The notes beneath the pieces were generated by a model. The model did not search any database, was not told where the DNA came from, and saw only the letters and a program-made list of their open reading frames with translations. 64,000 bases of DNA from a virus, in IMG/VR virus record IMGVR_UViG_3300043427_001127, positions 1 to 64,000 of that record; one strand, written 5' to 3'. Position numbers and translations under genes: made by a program. This document shows positions 16,391 through 26,865 of this stretch, piece after piece; the first letter of the stretch is position 1, and every line of letters begins with the position of its first letter.

Positions 16391-18157
16391 ATGGCACCTA
16401 TTATTTCTGATAAGTTTAGAATATTTAACGCAAAACAATTTTTAGAATCTTTATCAGAAGGATCTACAGATTCATCTTCTGACCGTTCTAAGATGTATTT
16501 CTTTTTGGGTAGACCAGAAAGATGGTATTCTTACTTAGAAATCTATTCTCAAAACTCTTCTGCTTTTCAGGTAAATGAGTTTGTTTATGTCCAAGGAGTT
16601 ACTCCTGGATTATCTAATGCAGTATTTAAGGCAAGAGTCGCTGCAGTTTATGATAATAGCTTGTTACTCTATAACGTAGGACCAACGGTTAATGCTGTTC
16701 CAGTAAACGGTGCTACTTTGATTGGTGACACTTCTGGCGCTCAATGCAAAACTGGCGTATATCGTTTTGCAACTGATGAGATTCCAGTTGTTCCATACGA
16801 CAACCAAGAAGACAAATATACGGTATATGACGATATGATTGCTATGAAGAGGATTACTTCTTCATACGGCAGACCTGTGATCAGAAGATACGATTGGGAT
16901 CCCATCGTAAATCCTGTTTTTGACATTTGGAGACCAGATTATTCGGTAAGAACTCCATCTTCTACTGGAGTTACTGCACTAAAAGATGCAAAATATTTCT
17001 GCAGAAACAGACATTATGAAGTCTTTATTTGTTTAAAAAATGGCAATGGTGCTAACGTAACTTACGAACCCAAAACAAATAGTTTCCTACAAACAGGAGA
17101 AGGAACATATAGCACTTCTACTGGCGTATATACAGAACCAAACGGTAACTATTCTTGGAAATATCTATACACTATTCCCACTGATGATGTTATTCGCTTC
17201 CTTTCAACTGATTTCATGCCAATCGTTGATTATGCAGGACCAGCAGCAGTAGATGGATCTATCTTTACAGTTTTAATCAGAGATCCTGGATCTGCTTGGC
17301 CTCCTTCATCTGTTTTCTACTCACCTATTAGAGGTGATGGATCAGGTGGCAAAGTAAAAATCACAACAAATGGATCTGGTTCGATTTCTGCAGTTGATGT
17401 AGTCGCTGCTGGAAGTGATTACTCCTATGCAAGTGTAATCATTGACCCAGCGTTTATCTATACCTCCCAAGATCTCTCTACGTTAGCTACTGGTGTTACA
17501 AACGTTCAAGGAGATTTAGATGTTATTATTCCACCTCAAGGCGGTCATGGTGCCGATTTAATCAATGAGTTAAACTCCAAGAGAGTAATGCTCAATGTTC
17601 GTTTAACATATGCAGAAGGACAGGGAGATTTCCCTGTTGACAATGACTTCAGAAGAATCGGTATTGTTGCAGATCCAAAGGTCTATCAGTCATCTTCTGC
17701 TCTATTGGCAGATACTGCACAATGTCTTTACGCCGTCAAGTTGCAGAATGTTTCTGGAAACTTCGTTCAGGATGAAGTCATTCAACAAACAGTAAGCGGT
17801 GGAACTGCATACGGTACAGTCGTTTCTTGGACCACCGACGAGAATAGCACTACATCTGGTGTGTTAAAATACTTCCAGAGTTCTGATTACCACAGAGATT
17901 CAACTGGTGTGGTGAGAAAATTTGCCTCTAATGGGTCAAATGCTGTTTCTGCTCCCGTAGAACTAGGTGGATCTGGCATTTCAGGAACGGTTGACACATC
18001 ATTTGATACTGATGTGTTGGGAATAAACTTTGAGAATGGTCTTGCTCTGCCAGAGGTTCAACCTCGTTCAGGTGAGATTCTATATCTAGAAAACAGAAGA
18101 ACTATTTCTAGAGCCCCAGATCAGATTGAAGACATTAAGTTAGTAATTGAGTTTTGA
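16391..18157 (+). CDS. g8: Baseplate wedge subunit gp8
   Basis: IISDKFRIFNA...WKYLYTIP...FLSTDFMP...NDFRRIG...ENR..I.RA.DQ.EDIKLVIEF. Confidence 0.92.
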   Translation: MAPIISDKFRIFNAKQFLESLSEGSTDSSSDRSKMYFFLGRPERWYSYLEIYSQNSSAFQVNEFVYVQGVTPGLSNAVFKARVAAVYDNSLLLYNVGPTVNAVPVNGATLIGDTSGAQCKTGVYRFATDEIPVVPYDNQEDKYTVYDDMIAMKRITSSYGRPVIRRYDWDPIVNPVFDIWRPDYSVRTPSSTGVTALKDAKYFCRNRHYEVFICLKNGNGANVTYEPKTNSFLQTGEGTYSTSTGVYTEPNGNYSWKYLYTIPTDDVIRFLSTDFMPIVDYAGPAAVDGSIFTVLIRDPGSAWPPSSVFYSPIRGDGSGGKVKITTNGSGSISAVDVVAAGSDYSYASVIIDPAFIYTSQDLSTLATGVTNVQGDLDVIIPPQGGHGADLINELNSKRVMLNVRLTYAEGQGDFPVDNDFRRIGIVADPKVYQSSSALLADTAQCLYAVKLQNVSGNFVQDEVIQQTVSGGTAYGTVVSWTTDENSTTSGVLKYFQSSDYHRDSTGVVRKFASNGSNAVSAPVELGGSGISGTVDTSFDTDVLGINFENGLALPEVQPRSGEILYLENRRTISRAPDQIEDIKLVIEF

Positions 18158-18199
18158 TTTATCATTTTACATATAACATAATCAGTAGAAGTTTGTACA

Positions 18200-21100
18200 A
18201 TGCTCCAAAATATTAATCTCAACAATAAAGTATATAATGACGATTTTGATCCAGAAAAGGGTTTTTATAGAGTCTTGTTTAGACCAGGATACTCTATTCA
18301 AACCAGAGAGTTAAATAATCTACAATCCATATTACAAAATCAAATTGAAAGTTTTGGTAGACATATTTTCAAACAAGGAGATCTCGTAGTACCAGGAGAA
18401 GTATCGTATAATAACAGATTAAACTATGTTAAGTTGTCTTCTGTTTCTGAAGTAGCTGTTAATGTAAATGGAGTTATTTCATTTCAAAAATATGATATTT
18501 CTCTACTACGAAACTTTACTCTCACTGGAACAACATCTGGAGTACAAGCTACAGTTATTGCTACGGGGTATGGCAATGATTTGGAATCGGATATTCTTTA
18601 TGTGAAATATTTAAATAGTGGTAATAGTAGAAACGAAGAAACTTTCAGACAAGGAGAAACTCTGGAAGTTGTCGGATTATCTGACAGTCCTACTTTGGTC
18701 GTTGGAACAGATGGAAGTGCATTACCAAATCGTATTAGTATTTTAGACTATGATACCAAAAAAACTACAGAGATAGATAGTCCTGCTATGGGATTTGCAT
18801 CTGCTGTACAAGTGCAACAAGGTGTTTATTTTGTAAATGGTTTTTTTGTCACTAACTCAGAACAATTAGTCGTAGTAGATAAGTATTACAACTCTCCATC
18901 TGTAAAAGTTGGATTTATTATTGAAGAATCTGTCATAACTCCAAATGAAGATCCATCTTTATATGATAATGCTCGTGGATTCTCAAACGAATCCGCTCCT
19001 GGAGCTCATCGTGTAAAAATAGATTTAGTTCTCAAAACATATGATTATGATTCAGATTTAGATTCTAACTTTATTCAGTTAGTTTCTATTAAAAATGGCA
19101 ATATTGAAAGGTTAGTAAAACCCGCAGATTACAGTCTAATCGAAGAAACTTTAGCAAGAAGAACTTTTGACGAATCTGGAGATTATGTCGTAGAAAATTT
19201 TCCAGTTGATTTAAGAGAGTATTACAAGAAAGATAATAACGATGGTATCTATCCATTAAACTCTGAGACTGGATTAGTTAATGGTCCAACCGATCCAGAA
19301 ACTAATGAAGAAATAACTAGAACAGTAGATGAGGCTTCTAGATTAATGGTTGCTGGCATTGGGGCTGGAAAAGCATATGTTAAAGGATATGAAATCGTAA
19401 ATAAAAATACAAAATATATTGAAGTTAGTAAAGCAAGAGATACCTTAAAAAAAGAAGACAATAGAATAAAAATCAATCCATTATCTTCGTATAAGATTAC
19501 TAACGTTTACAATAGCATACCTCTAAACTCTGAGGGGGAAGATTTAACTGGATACCCAACAATTTATCTAAACTCAGTTTTTAATGATGGTAGTCTAGGA
19601 TTTAACTCAACCGAGTCCATAACAGACGGCGAAGAAGAAAAGCAAACTTTAATCCGCAGAGGAAAATACTTTACTCCAGATAAAGGAGTAATGACAGTAT
19701 ATCTAAAAAAAGAGCACCCTGTTGTAGGATTTCCAAACAACGGTGATTTTGGTCTTGTTGGAGGCAATTTTGAAAAGTTTTGGTATATCCAATCAAAGCA
19801 AACAACTGCTACAGATACTTTAGTTGGTAGCGTAGAACTTTTATCATATGCGATTGTAGCAAGACCAGATATTGCTGATTCAGTTGATGAAAATGGAGAA
19901 TACAATCAGTTATTCCTTGAGTTGACTATTGCTGGAAACAAGAGTGATCTACAACTATTGATCAAGGAATATGACGAATCTGACACCACTAAAAGAAGAA
20001 GATTTTTCTTAACAGAGTCTGAGGCAAGGCAATATTCTTTCCAAACCACAACTCCACAAACTATATTTGCATATGGATATGTAGTTGATTACAATCCAGT
20101 TATTACTCCTGTCATTGGTGTAGCTAAGCCAAAAGATTTTAAATTTGTTAAAAGTGGAGTTGGATTCAATCCAGATAGTGATATTATTCTTTCTAAAGGA
20201 AGATCATCCGCTAATGGTGGATTAACATCAATCCTAGTAACCAATGGTGGCAACAACTATTCATCTTCAAATCCACCAACCGTAGTGTTTACTGGTGGTG
20301 GTGGAGTCAATGCACAAGGAACTCCTATTATTGTTGATGGCAAAATAATATCCATAAACATAACAAATCCTGGATCTGGATATATCACTGCTCCCACAAT
20401 ATCATTCACGGGAACAACAGGATCTGGAGCTACTGCAGTCGCGCTATTGTCGCAACCTACTTATAATACTACTTTCCAGTTATCTTACTTCAATCCAGTA
20501 TTTTTTACAAAAATAGTAGTTGATACTCCTATAACACCAACAGTTTTCATTCCAGGAAAATATGTAACTGGATTGAGTAGTAATGCATATGGTATTATCG
20601 AAGGATCTTCTTCGTATGGATTATCCTCTGTAAATACTTTATTTGTGAGGACATTATCTGGGCAGTTTGTTCCTGGAGAAACTATAACTGATGAAATAGG
20701 AAACTCCAGAAGAATCGCCAGAGAAAATACTCTTTCGCATATTATTGTCAATGAAAGAGGCGGCGGATATTCTACAACATCAACTGTTTTGCTAAATGGA
20801 GTTTCATACAGTGATTCTGCTATTAAAATCAATGTTCTAGGTAGTAGCATTTATAAAATCGATATTTTAGACAGAAATCTCGTTTCGGAAACCTTTAATG
20901 CTCCACCAACAATAAGTGTTAACTCTGCGACATCACCAACTACTTTTGCCAGACTAACACCAGTTTTATACAGAAATACTGTTGTAAACTATTCCGCAGA
21001 AAATGTAAAATCGATTCATTCTACGTTTGGCGTAGGAAATAGTAATATTTTTACATGTGATGTTGTTAATCAAGATTCAGAATATTTTACTTCAAAAATC

Positions 21101-24100
21101 TTAACAGATTTTACATTCTTTGGAAGTAAAGGATTACAATATCTAGAATGTTCTGGTTTTTCTGGAGATCCATCAAAAGATTTGATTCAAGGTGATATTA
21201 TTCAATACACAGATTCAAATAATAAACTAGTACGTTCTATTGTTCAATACGTAACTAATCCAGGAAGTTTGGTTAGATCTAGAGTATATTTGGATGGTGT
21301 TCTGTTAGATAATGTCACTGCTTCAAATGTCATAAGAATCAGACCAAAAATCGTAAACGCTACAGATTCTTCGCTAATCATACCAACAGGATCAAAGAAT
21401 CTAAAGTCTATTGAAGAAACTTCTGCAGACTCCAAAATTAAATATTATTTCAGAAGAGATTTTGTCACAACTGCTTCTACTTCTGGCGGTGGTATTACAT
21501 TTGCTGCTCAGTTACCATTTGGAACCCAAAGATTTGTATCTTTTTCTCCCGAAGCATTTATCATAACAGTATTAGATAAAAAAGGTGCAACTACAGTAGA
21601 AACTGGAGATATCATTTATCTAACTAGTAGTCAGGTAACTATTGCAAACTCAACTGACGATAGTACAGGATTGACTGCTGGTAGCGTTACTATTACGTTG
21701 CCATTAAACTTTTTTGGCACCACTACAAACTTCCCCAAACTAAAGTTAACTGCTACCATAGAAGTTTCAAAAGCAAGAGCGAGATTAAAAACTGCGATCA
21801 AAAATAAGAGAGTTGTTATAGCTACTCCTGGCGATAAAGTTATACCAATAAGAGGATATGATTATGATTCCGACAGCAACGATATTCTCAGTTATTCTGA
21901 TGTTTACAAGTTAAGCAAGATATTTGAAGGATCTATTGCTTCTCCACCATCTGTAGATTCTGCAGGAAATCTAGTTTCTGGAACTGATGTTACTGAAAGA
22001 TATATTTTTGATGACGGACAAAGAGATACTTTCTATGATGTTTCCAGAATAATCTTAAAATCTGGATTTGAAGCTCCTTCTGGGCAGTTATTAGTAACCT
22101 TTGATTATTTTGAGCATTCCCAAGGAGATTTCTGTACGATTGATTCTTATTCTCATGAATCTGGTTTGCCATTAGATGAGATTCCATACTTCAACTCATC
22201 TGTATATGGAAGAGTAGCACTAAGGGATATTATTGATTTTAGACCTAAAGTTGATAGTACTGCTATTATATCTGGTTATCAAGATACTTCTCTATTATCT
22301 GTTCAAGATGCCACGAGTTTTATTCAATCGGGTGGGATTATTTCTAGCACTCCTGCTATAGATTCCAATATTGAATACACCATATCGTTCAATACAAATC
22401 AGTATCTCGATAGAATCGATGGTGTCTTCTTGAACAAAAAAGGATCTTTCTTCGTGAAAGAAGGAAACTCGTCTTTAAATCCATCAAAACCATCGGATGT
22501 GGAAGATTCGATTCCTTTATACTATGTTTATATTCCTGCTTATACATTATCACCAAAAGACGTTCGCATTATTCCAGTAGATAATCGTCGCTATACGATG
22601 AGAGATATTGGGAAGTTAGAGAAAAGAATCGAAAGATTAGAAGAATACACCCTTCTCAGTATGCTTGAACAACAAGCATTAAACATGCAAATCAAAGATG
22701 ATTTAGGATTAGATAGATTTAAGAGTGGATTTGCAGTAGATAATTTCCAAAATCACTCTTTTGGAAATGTTTCTTCTTCATCATACAAATGTTCTATTGA
22801 TACTCAACAATCTGTTTTAAGACCAACTTCAAGAGAAGTTTCGTTGAAGTTAGGAGAAGTGTTCACCAGAGAAGATCAGAGAAAAACAAACGGTTACAAA
22901 AAATCTGGCAACATTTTAACTTTAGATTATAGTGAACTTTCGTTTATATCAAACTCATTTGCAACTACAACTACAAACATCAATCCATTTGTAGTTCTTC
23001 AATATGTTGGAGATGCTTTCATTTCTCCATCTGTTGATCAATGGTACGATGAAAGATCCAAACCAATCATTTTAGACAATGATTCAAAAATATTCTCGGT
23101 ATTTTATTCTAAATCTGATCCTAGATTTGGATATGAAAGTATATACAACAACTTTATAGTCAACTGGATTGGTGCTCAAAGAGTATTCTTCACCACAAGT
23201 GCTTTGTCTTCTTTGAGTAGCGAGACATCTTTAGCAAATACAGTATCTGCTACGATTGCAACTTCATCAAATATCAGTCCACAAAACAATGAATCTGGCA
23301 GAGGAACTGGAAGCACTTATATACAACCTATCTGCAGATCAAATGCAGTGTATTTTGTTCTACAAAGAATGAAACCCAATACACAGTTCTATGTTTTCAT
23401 GGATAACAAAAACATAGACAGATGGGTAGCGCAAGATTACACTTTCACTGGAATAGCTGGAAATAGTGTAGGACCATTTACGAACTTAAATACCTCTAGC
23501 ATTACTACAGACGAAAACGGAAATGCTAGTGGATTAATCGTAATACCAAATGGATTACCACCACAACCATTATCTTTATGGGGAGGTTCATTAGATAGCA
23601 TTACTTATGATACATCTGAGCAATCTGGAGTCTTAAACTCCCTGAAGTTTACAACAGGAATAAAAACAATCAGATTCACAACTAATCAGCAAGGGAAAAA
23701 TGATACTTCAGTAGATTCCTACACTGAAGTAAACTACTATGCTACTGGTTCTTTACCTCAACAGCCATCATCCATCGTTTCGACATATCCTGCCAAGTTT
23801 AGATCAGATGAAGGAGTGCAAACTATAGATGGAGCATCAGTAAAACCAAATCCTATTTCTCAGTCATTTAAGATTGAAAATACTCCTGGTGGAGTATTTG
23901 TTACTGGAATTGATTTGTTCTTTAATAAAAAAAGTAACAACATTCCAGTAAAAGTTTATTTAACTAATATTGAATCTGGAAAACCAGGAAACTATATCAT
24001 TCCTGGCACAGAATCTGTACTTCTACCAGATACATACATTAAAATATACACTAATGGTGTATTAAAACTGACGAAGGATGAAAACGCTGTTGGATCCGAA

Positions 24101-26641
24101 TCTGGTGCTTCTGGTCCTCTAAAAACAATCATCGATAGAAATGGAGCTGAACTTCCAGTAGATACACAAAATAGATTCACACTAAGCAATGATCAGGTTT
24201 ATACGCTGGTTCTATCAAATCATAACGGTACTGAATATAAGCAAAACGAAAAACTAACTTTTGCTTCTTTGAGTGCTTTCAATGCCGCATCTAACACAGA
24301 TTTAAATGTTACTATCGCAAAAGATTCTGGAAGAATAACTGGTCTTTATATTAAAAATATGGGTTCTGGTTATGAAACTGCAAACATAACTATTGAAAGT
24401 CCTCAGTTGCCTGGAGAATCTGTATCCACTGGATCCGTCAAAGTTTACTCAGGAAATATTTTTGATGCTTCATTGATCGTAAATGGATCTGGATATACCG
24501 AAGCACCTTCAGTTATCATCACAGGAAGCGGGACATCGCCCAGTGGGGCGGTGATAGAATCTATTTTGACAATAGATACCCCCGCTATTCGCATGGGTGT
24601 TGCTACCGATCCTGGATCTTCTGTGGCAACAGATTCAACCACTCCAACTAGATTTAAATTTGAAAATCCAGTTTACTTGCAAAATAACACGGAATATGCT
24701 TTTGTTGTAGAAAGTGATTCCATCGAATATTCGATATGGACTTCTGAGTTGGGTGGAATAGAAGTTTCAACAAATTCAGCAGTTACATCACAACCATTGC
24801 TAGGATCAGTATTCCGTTCTCAAAATATTGATAGTTGGGTGGAAGATATTTTTGAAGATATTAAGTTTACTTTGTATAGAGCTCAGTTTGATACTTCAAA
24901 GAGTGGCATTATCGAACTCACAAATGAAGATTTGGGTTATGAGTTATTAGATTCAAGTCCTATAGAAACAGACTCTTCTGCATCTACAAATGCAACTTCG
25001 CAACTGTTTAAAAATAATAAATCAATAGTCAAGATTAATCATAGACATAATGGTTTTGAAGGTAGTGGAAAATCTTATGTATCATTTAAAAATGCTTCCA
25101 CTATTGCTGGCATTTCCGATGATTACTTAAATAATAGTTATTTCCAAGTTTATAACAGTGGTGTAAACTTCTATAATATTAAATCTGAAATACCTGCCAC
25201 ATCTTCATTAGTTGGTGGTGGTTCGGTAGTAAAATGTACTCATAATAAAAAGTTTGAGAAGGCATATCCTCAAGTTGGATTCTTGTCTTTTGATAACACA
25301 GAAATAGTATCAAAGATAAAAACAACAAATATTGTTCCTGTCGATTCTTCTTCTGTAACCTATACCACATATTCTCAATCACCAGAAGATGATGGATATG
25401 AAAAGACTTTCTTGAATGAAGAGCATTACTTTGACAATCAAAAAGTTGTCATGTCTAGATTAAATGAGTTGAAGAATAGTTCTGTGGAAGATAGATCTTT
25501 ATCATATAAGATCGAAATGTCTTCTGAATCTTCTTTCTTATCCCCTGTAATCGATCTTCGTCTATGTTCTGTAAAACTTGTAAATAACATTATTGAAAAT
25601 CCAACTGGTTATGAAGATAGATATGGCAGAAGAGATCAAGTTTTAAAGTTCTATCCTGTATATAGATTCCAAGTTGTTTCTAGCGACCCCATTTCTATAG
25701 ATGTCGGAAATCCATCAGTCCCAGCGATTGTTACTGGATTTACTAGCAAAGCTGTTGGTACTATTGTCAAATATGATGCTGGTCAGTTGTATGTAAAAAT
25801 GTCAACCGACACATTGTTCCAACCATCAGAAACATTGATCTTCAGAAATGATCCAAACAATACATCAATTTTAGTAGGATCTTCTTCCCCCATCGAAGTT
25901 TCCCCAACTTTTGTTGTAGATACTGATATTGTTGTTATTGAAAAAACTGATGTATCGAAAAAATATTCTGGATTAATCCAAGGAAAAATCATTAGATGGG
26001 ATGCATCGAAAAAAGAACTAACTGTAGCAAACAATAAAAAACCATTAAATAATAACTATACTGCATCTGCTACATTTGGCACTATTTACGCAAGAAAAGA
26101 TACGGCAATAGCAACTCAAGAAGCAGATATTTTTAGAGTAGGAGATTTAATCTCATACCAAGGAATAGTTTCTGGAACTGAAGCATATTATGAAATAAAA
26201 GAAGTTTCTTACACACCTGGCGTTCTATTTGTACCAGATACTTCCAGTAGCAACACATCGTCACTGGCAGAATACACTACTAAAGAAATAGTAATCGAAA
26301 ATGCTTCTACATCAGTAGATGTAAGATTAACTGCAAATGTATTCAACTCCGATGATATTTTAGTCTTCTATAAGACAAAAGATATATCTTCCCAATATAA
26401 CTTTGATGATCTAGATTGGATTCCATTCAATCAAACTGGAAAACCAGATGTTCCTGTTTTAGCTTCTTCGGAAAACACAACTGCTCCTTACTTAGAATCT
26501 CAATCTTCCTATAAAGAATATAAGTATAGTGTATCTGCATTAAATGAGTTTTCTTCTTATGGTATAAAAATTGTAATGAGAAGTTCTCAACCAGTTTTTG
26601 TGCCAAAGATTCAAGATATAAGAATCGTTGCTTCGTACTAA
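18200..26641 (+). CDS. VrlC-like / DUF4815 virion structural protein (2813 aa)
   Basis: YNDDFD..KGFYRVLFRPG..IQ.RELN.LQSILQNQIE; RRYTMRDIGKLEKRIERLE; DRFKSGFAVDNF; follows g8 as in cyanomyoviruses. Confidence 0.88.
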   Translation: MLQNINLNNKVYNDDFDPEKGFYRVLFRPGYSIQTRELNNLQSILQNQIESFGRHIFKQGDLVVPGEVSYNNRLNYVKLSSVSEVAVNVNGVISFQKYDISLLRNFTLTGTTSGVQATVIATGYGNDLESDILYVKYLNSGNSRNEETFRQGETLEVVGLSDSPTLVVGTDGSALPNRISILDYDTKKTTEIDSPAMGFASAVQVQQGVYFVNGFFVTNSEQLVVVDKYYNSPSVKVGFIIEESVITPNEDPSLYDNARGFSNESAPGAHRVKIDLVLKTYDYDSDLDSNFIQLVSIKNGNIERLVKPADYSLIEETLARRTFDESGDYVVENFPVDLREYYKKDNNDGIYPLNSETGLVNGPTDPETNEEITRTVDEASRLMVAGIGAGKAYVKGYEIVNKNTKYIEVSKARDTLKKEDNRIKINPLSSYKITNVYNSIPLNSEGEDLTGYPTIYLNSVFNDGSLGFNSTESITDGEEEKQTLIRRGKYFTPDKGVMTVYLKKEHPVVGFPNNGDFGLVGGNFEKFWYIQSKQTTATDTLVGSVELLSYAIVARPDIADSVDENGEYNQLFLELTIAGNKSDLQLLIKEYDESDTTKRRRFFLTESEARQYSFQTTTPQTIFAYGYVVDYNPVITPVIGVAKPKDFKFVKSGVGFNPDSDIILSKGRSSANGGLTSILVTNGGNNYSSSNPPTVVFTGGGGVNAQGTPIIVDGKIISINITNPGSGYITAPTISFTGTTGSGATAVALLSQPTYNTTFQLSYFNPVFFTKIVVDTPITPTVFIPGKYVTGLSSNAYGIIEGSSSYGLSSVNTLFVRTLSGQFVPGETITDEIGNSRRIARENTLSHIIVNERGGGYSTTSTVLLNGVSYSDSAIKINVLGSSIYKIDILDRNLVSETFNAPPTISVNSATSPTTFARLTPVLYRNTVVNYSAENVKSIHSTFGVGNSNIFTCDVVNQDSEYFTSKILTDFTFFGSKGLQYLECSGFSGDPSKDLIQGDIIQYTDSNNKLVRSIVQYVTNPGSLVRSRVYLDGVLLDNVTASNVIRIRPKIVNATDSSLIIPTGSKNLKSIEETSADSKIKYYFRRDFVTTASTSGGGITFAAQLPFGTQRFVSFSPEAFIITVLDKKGATTVETGDIIYLTSSQVTIANSTDDSTGLTAGSVTITLPLNFFGTTTNFPKLKLTATIEVSKARARLKTAIKNKRVVIATPGDKVIPIRGYDYDSDSNDILSYSDVYKLSKIFEGSIASPPSVDSAGNLVSGTDVTERYIFDDGQRDTFYDVSRIILKSGFEAPSGQLLVTFDYFEHSQGDFCTIDSYSHESGLPLDEIPYFNSSVYGRVALRDIIDFRPKVDSTAIISGYQDTSLLSVQDATSFIQSGGIISSTPAIDSNIEYTISFNTNQYLDRIDGVFLNKKGSFFVKEGNSSLNPSKPSDVEDSIPLYYVYIPAYTLSPKDVRIIPVDNRRYTMRDIGKLEKRIERLEEYTLLSMLEQQALNMQIKDDLGLDRFKSGFAVDNFQNHSFGNVSSSSYKCSIDTQQSVLRPTSREVSLKLGEVFTREDQRKTNGYKKSGNILTLDYSELSFISNSFATTTTNINPFVVLQYVGDAFISPSVDQWYDERSKPIILDNDSKIFSVFYSKSDPRFGYESIYNNFIVNWIGAQRVFFTTSALSSLSSETSLANTVSATIATSSNISPQNNESGRGTGSTYIQPICRSNAVYFVLQRMKPNTQFYVFMDNKNIDRWVAQDYTFTGIAGNSVGPFTNLNTSSITTDENGNASGLIVIPNGLPPQPLSLWGGSLDSITYDTSEQSGVLNSLKFTTGIKTIRFTTNQQGKNDTSVDSYTEVNYYATGSLPQQPSSIVSTYPAKFRSDEGVQTIDGASVKPNPISQSFKIENTPGGVFVTGIDLFFNKKSNNIPVKVYLTNIESGKPGNYIIPGTESVLLPDTYIKIYTNGVLKLTKDENAVGSESGASGPLKTIIDRNGAELPVDTQNRFTLSNDQVYTLVLSNHNGTEYKQNEKLTFASLSAFNAASNTDLNVTIAKDSGRITGLYIKNMGSGYETANITIESPQLPGESVSTGSVKVYSGNIFDASLIVNGSGYTEAPSVIITGSGTSPSGAVIESILTIDTPAIRMGVATDPGSSVATDSTTPTRFKFENPVYLQNNTEYAFVVESDSIEYSIWTSELGGIEVSTNSAVTSQPLLGSVFRSQNIDSWVEDIFEDIKFTLYRAQFDTSKSGIIELTNEDLGYELLDSSPIETDSSASTNATSQLFKNNKSIVKINHRHNGFEGSGKSYVSFKNASTIAGISDDYLNNSYFQVYNSGVNFYNIKSEIPATSSLVGGGSVVKCTHNKKFEKAYPQVGFLSFDNTEIVSKIKTTNIVPVDSSSVTYTTYSQSPEDDGYEKTFLNEEHYFDNQKVVMSRLNELKNSSVEDRSLSYKIEMSSESSFLSPVIDLRLCSVKLVNNIIENPTGYEDRYGRRDQVLKFYPVYRFQVVSSDPISIDVGNPSVPAIVTGFTSKAVGTIVKYDAGQLYVKMSTDTLFQPSETLIFRNDPNNTSILVGSSSPIEVSPTFVVDTDIVVIEKTDVSKKYSGLIQGKIIRWDASKKELTVANNKKPLNNNYTASATFGTIYARKDTAIATQEADIFRVGDLISYQGIVSGTEAYYEIKEVSYTPGVLFVPDTSSSNTSSLAEYTTKEIVIENASTSVDVRLTANVFNSDDILVFYKTKDISSQYNFDDLDWIPFNQTGKPDVPVLASSENTTAPYLESQSSYKEYKYSVSALNEFSSYGIKIVMRSSQPVFVPKIQDIRIVASY

Positions 26642-26643
26642 AA

Positions 26644-26865
26644 ATGAAAGATTATATTCCTGTAGAGGGTTATGACAACCTTTATCGTGACAGGCATACA
26701 GGAGCGATTATAAATACTGATAAAGAAGTATTTGAACAGTCTAGACGTATCAGAAGAAATAATCTGAATCTTTCTCAGATGAACTCTGATATTGAGGTAT
26801 TGAAAAATGAAATGCTAGAAATAAAATCCCTTCTACGAGAGTTTATAAAAGAACATGGCACTTAG
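26644..26865 (+). CDS. Small conserved cyanophage protein with coiled-coil C-terminus
   Basis: VEGYDNLYRD..TGAIIN motif. Confidence 0.8.
   Translation: MKDYIPVEGYDNLYRDRHTGAIINTDKEVFEQSRRIRRNNLNLSQMNSDIEVLKNEMLEIKSLLREFIKEHGT

Noticed and set aside
7369-26641. Inteins, introns or homing endonucleases in the giant genes
   Set aside because: The ORFs are uninterrupted and no splice-junction, LAGLIDADG, HNH or GIY-YIG motifs were noticed.
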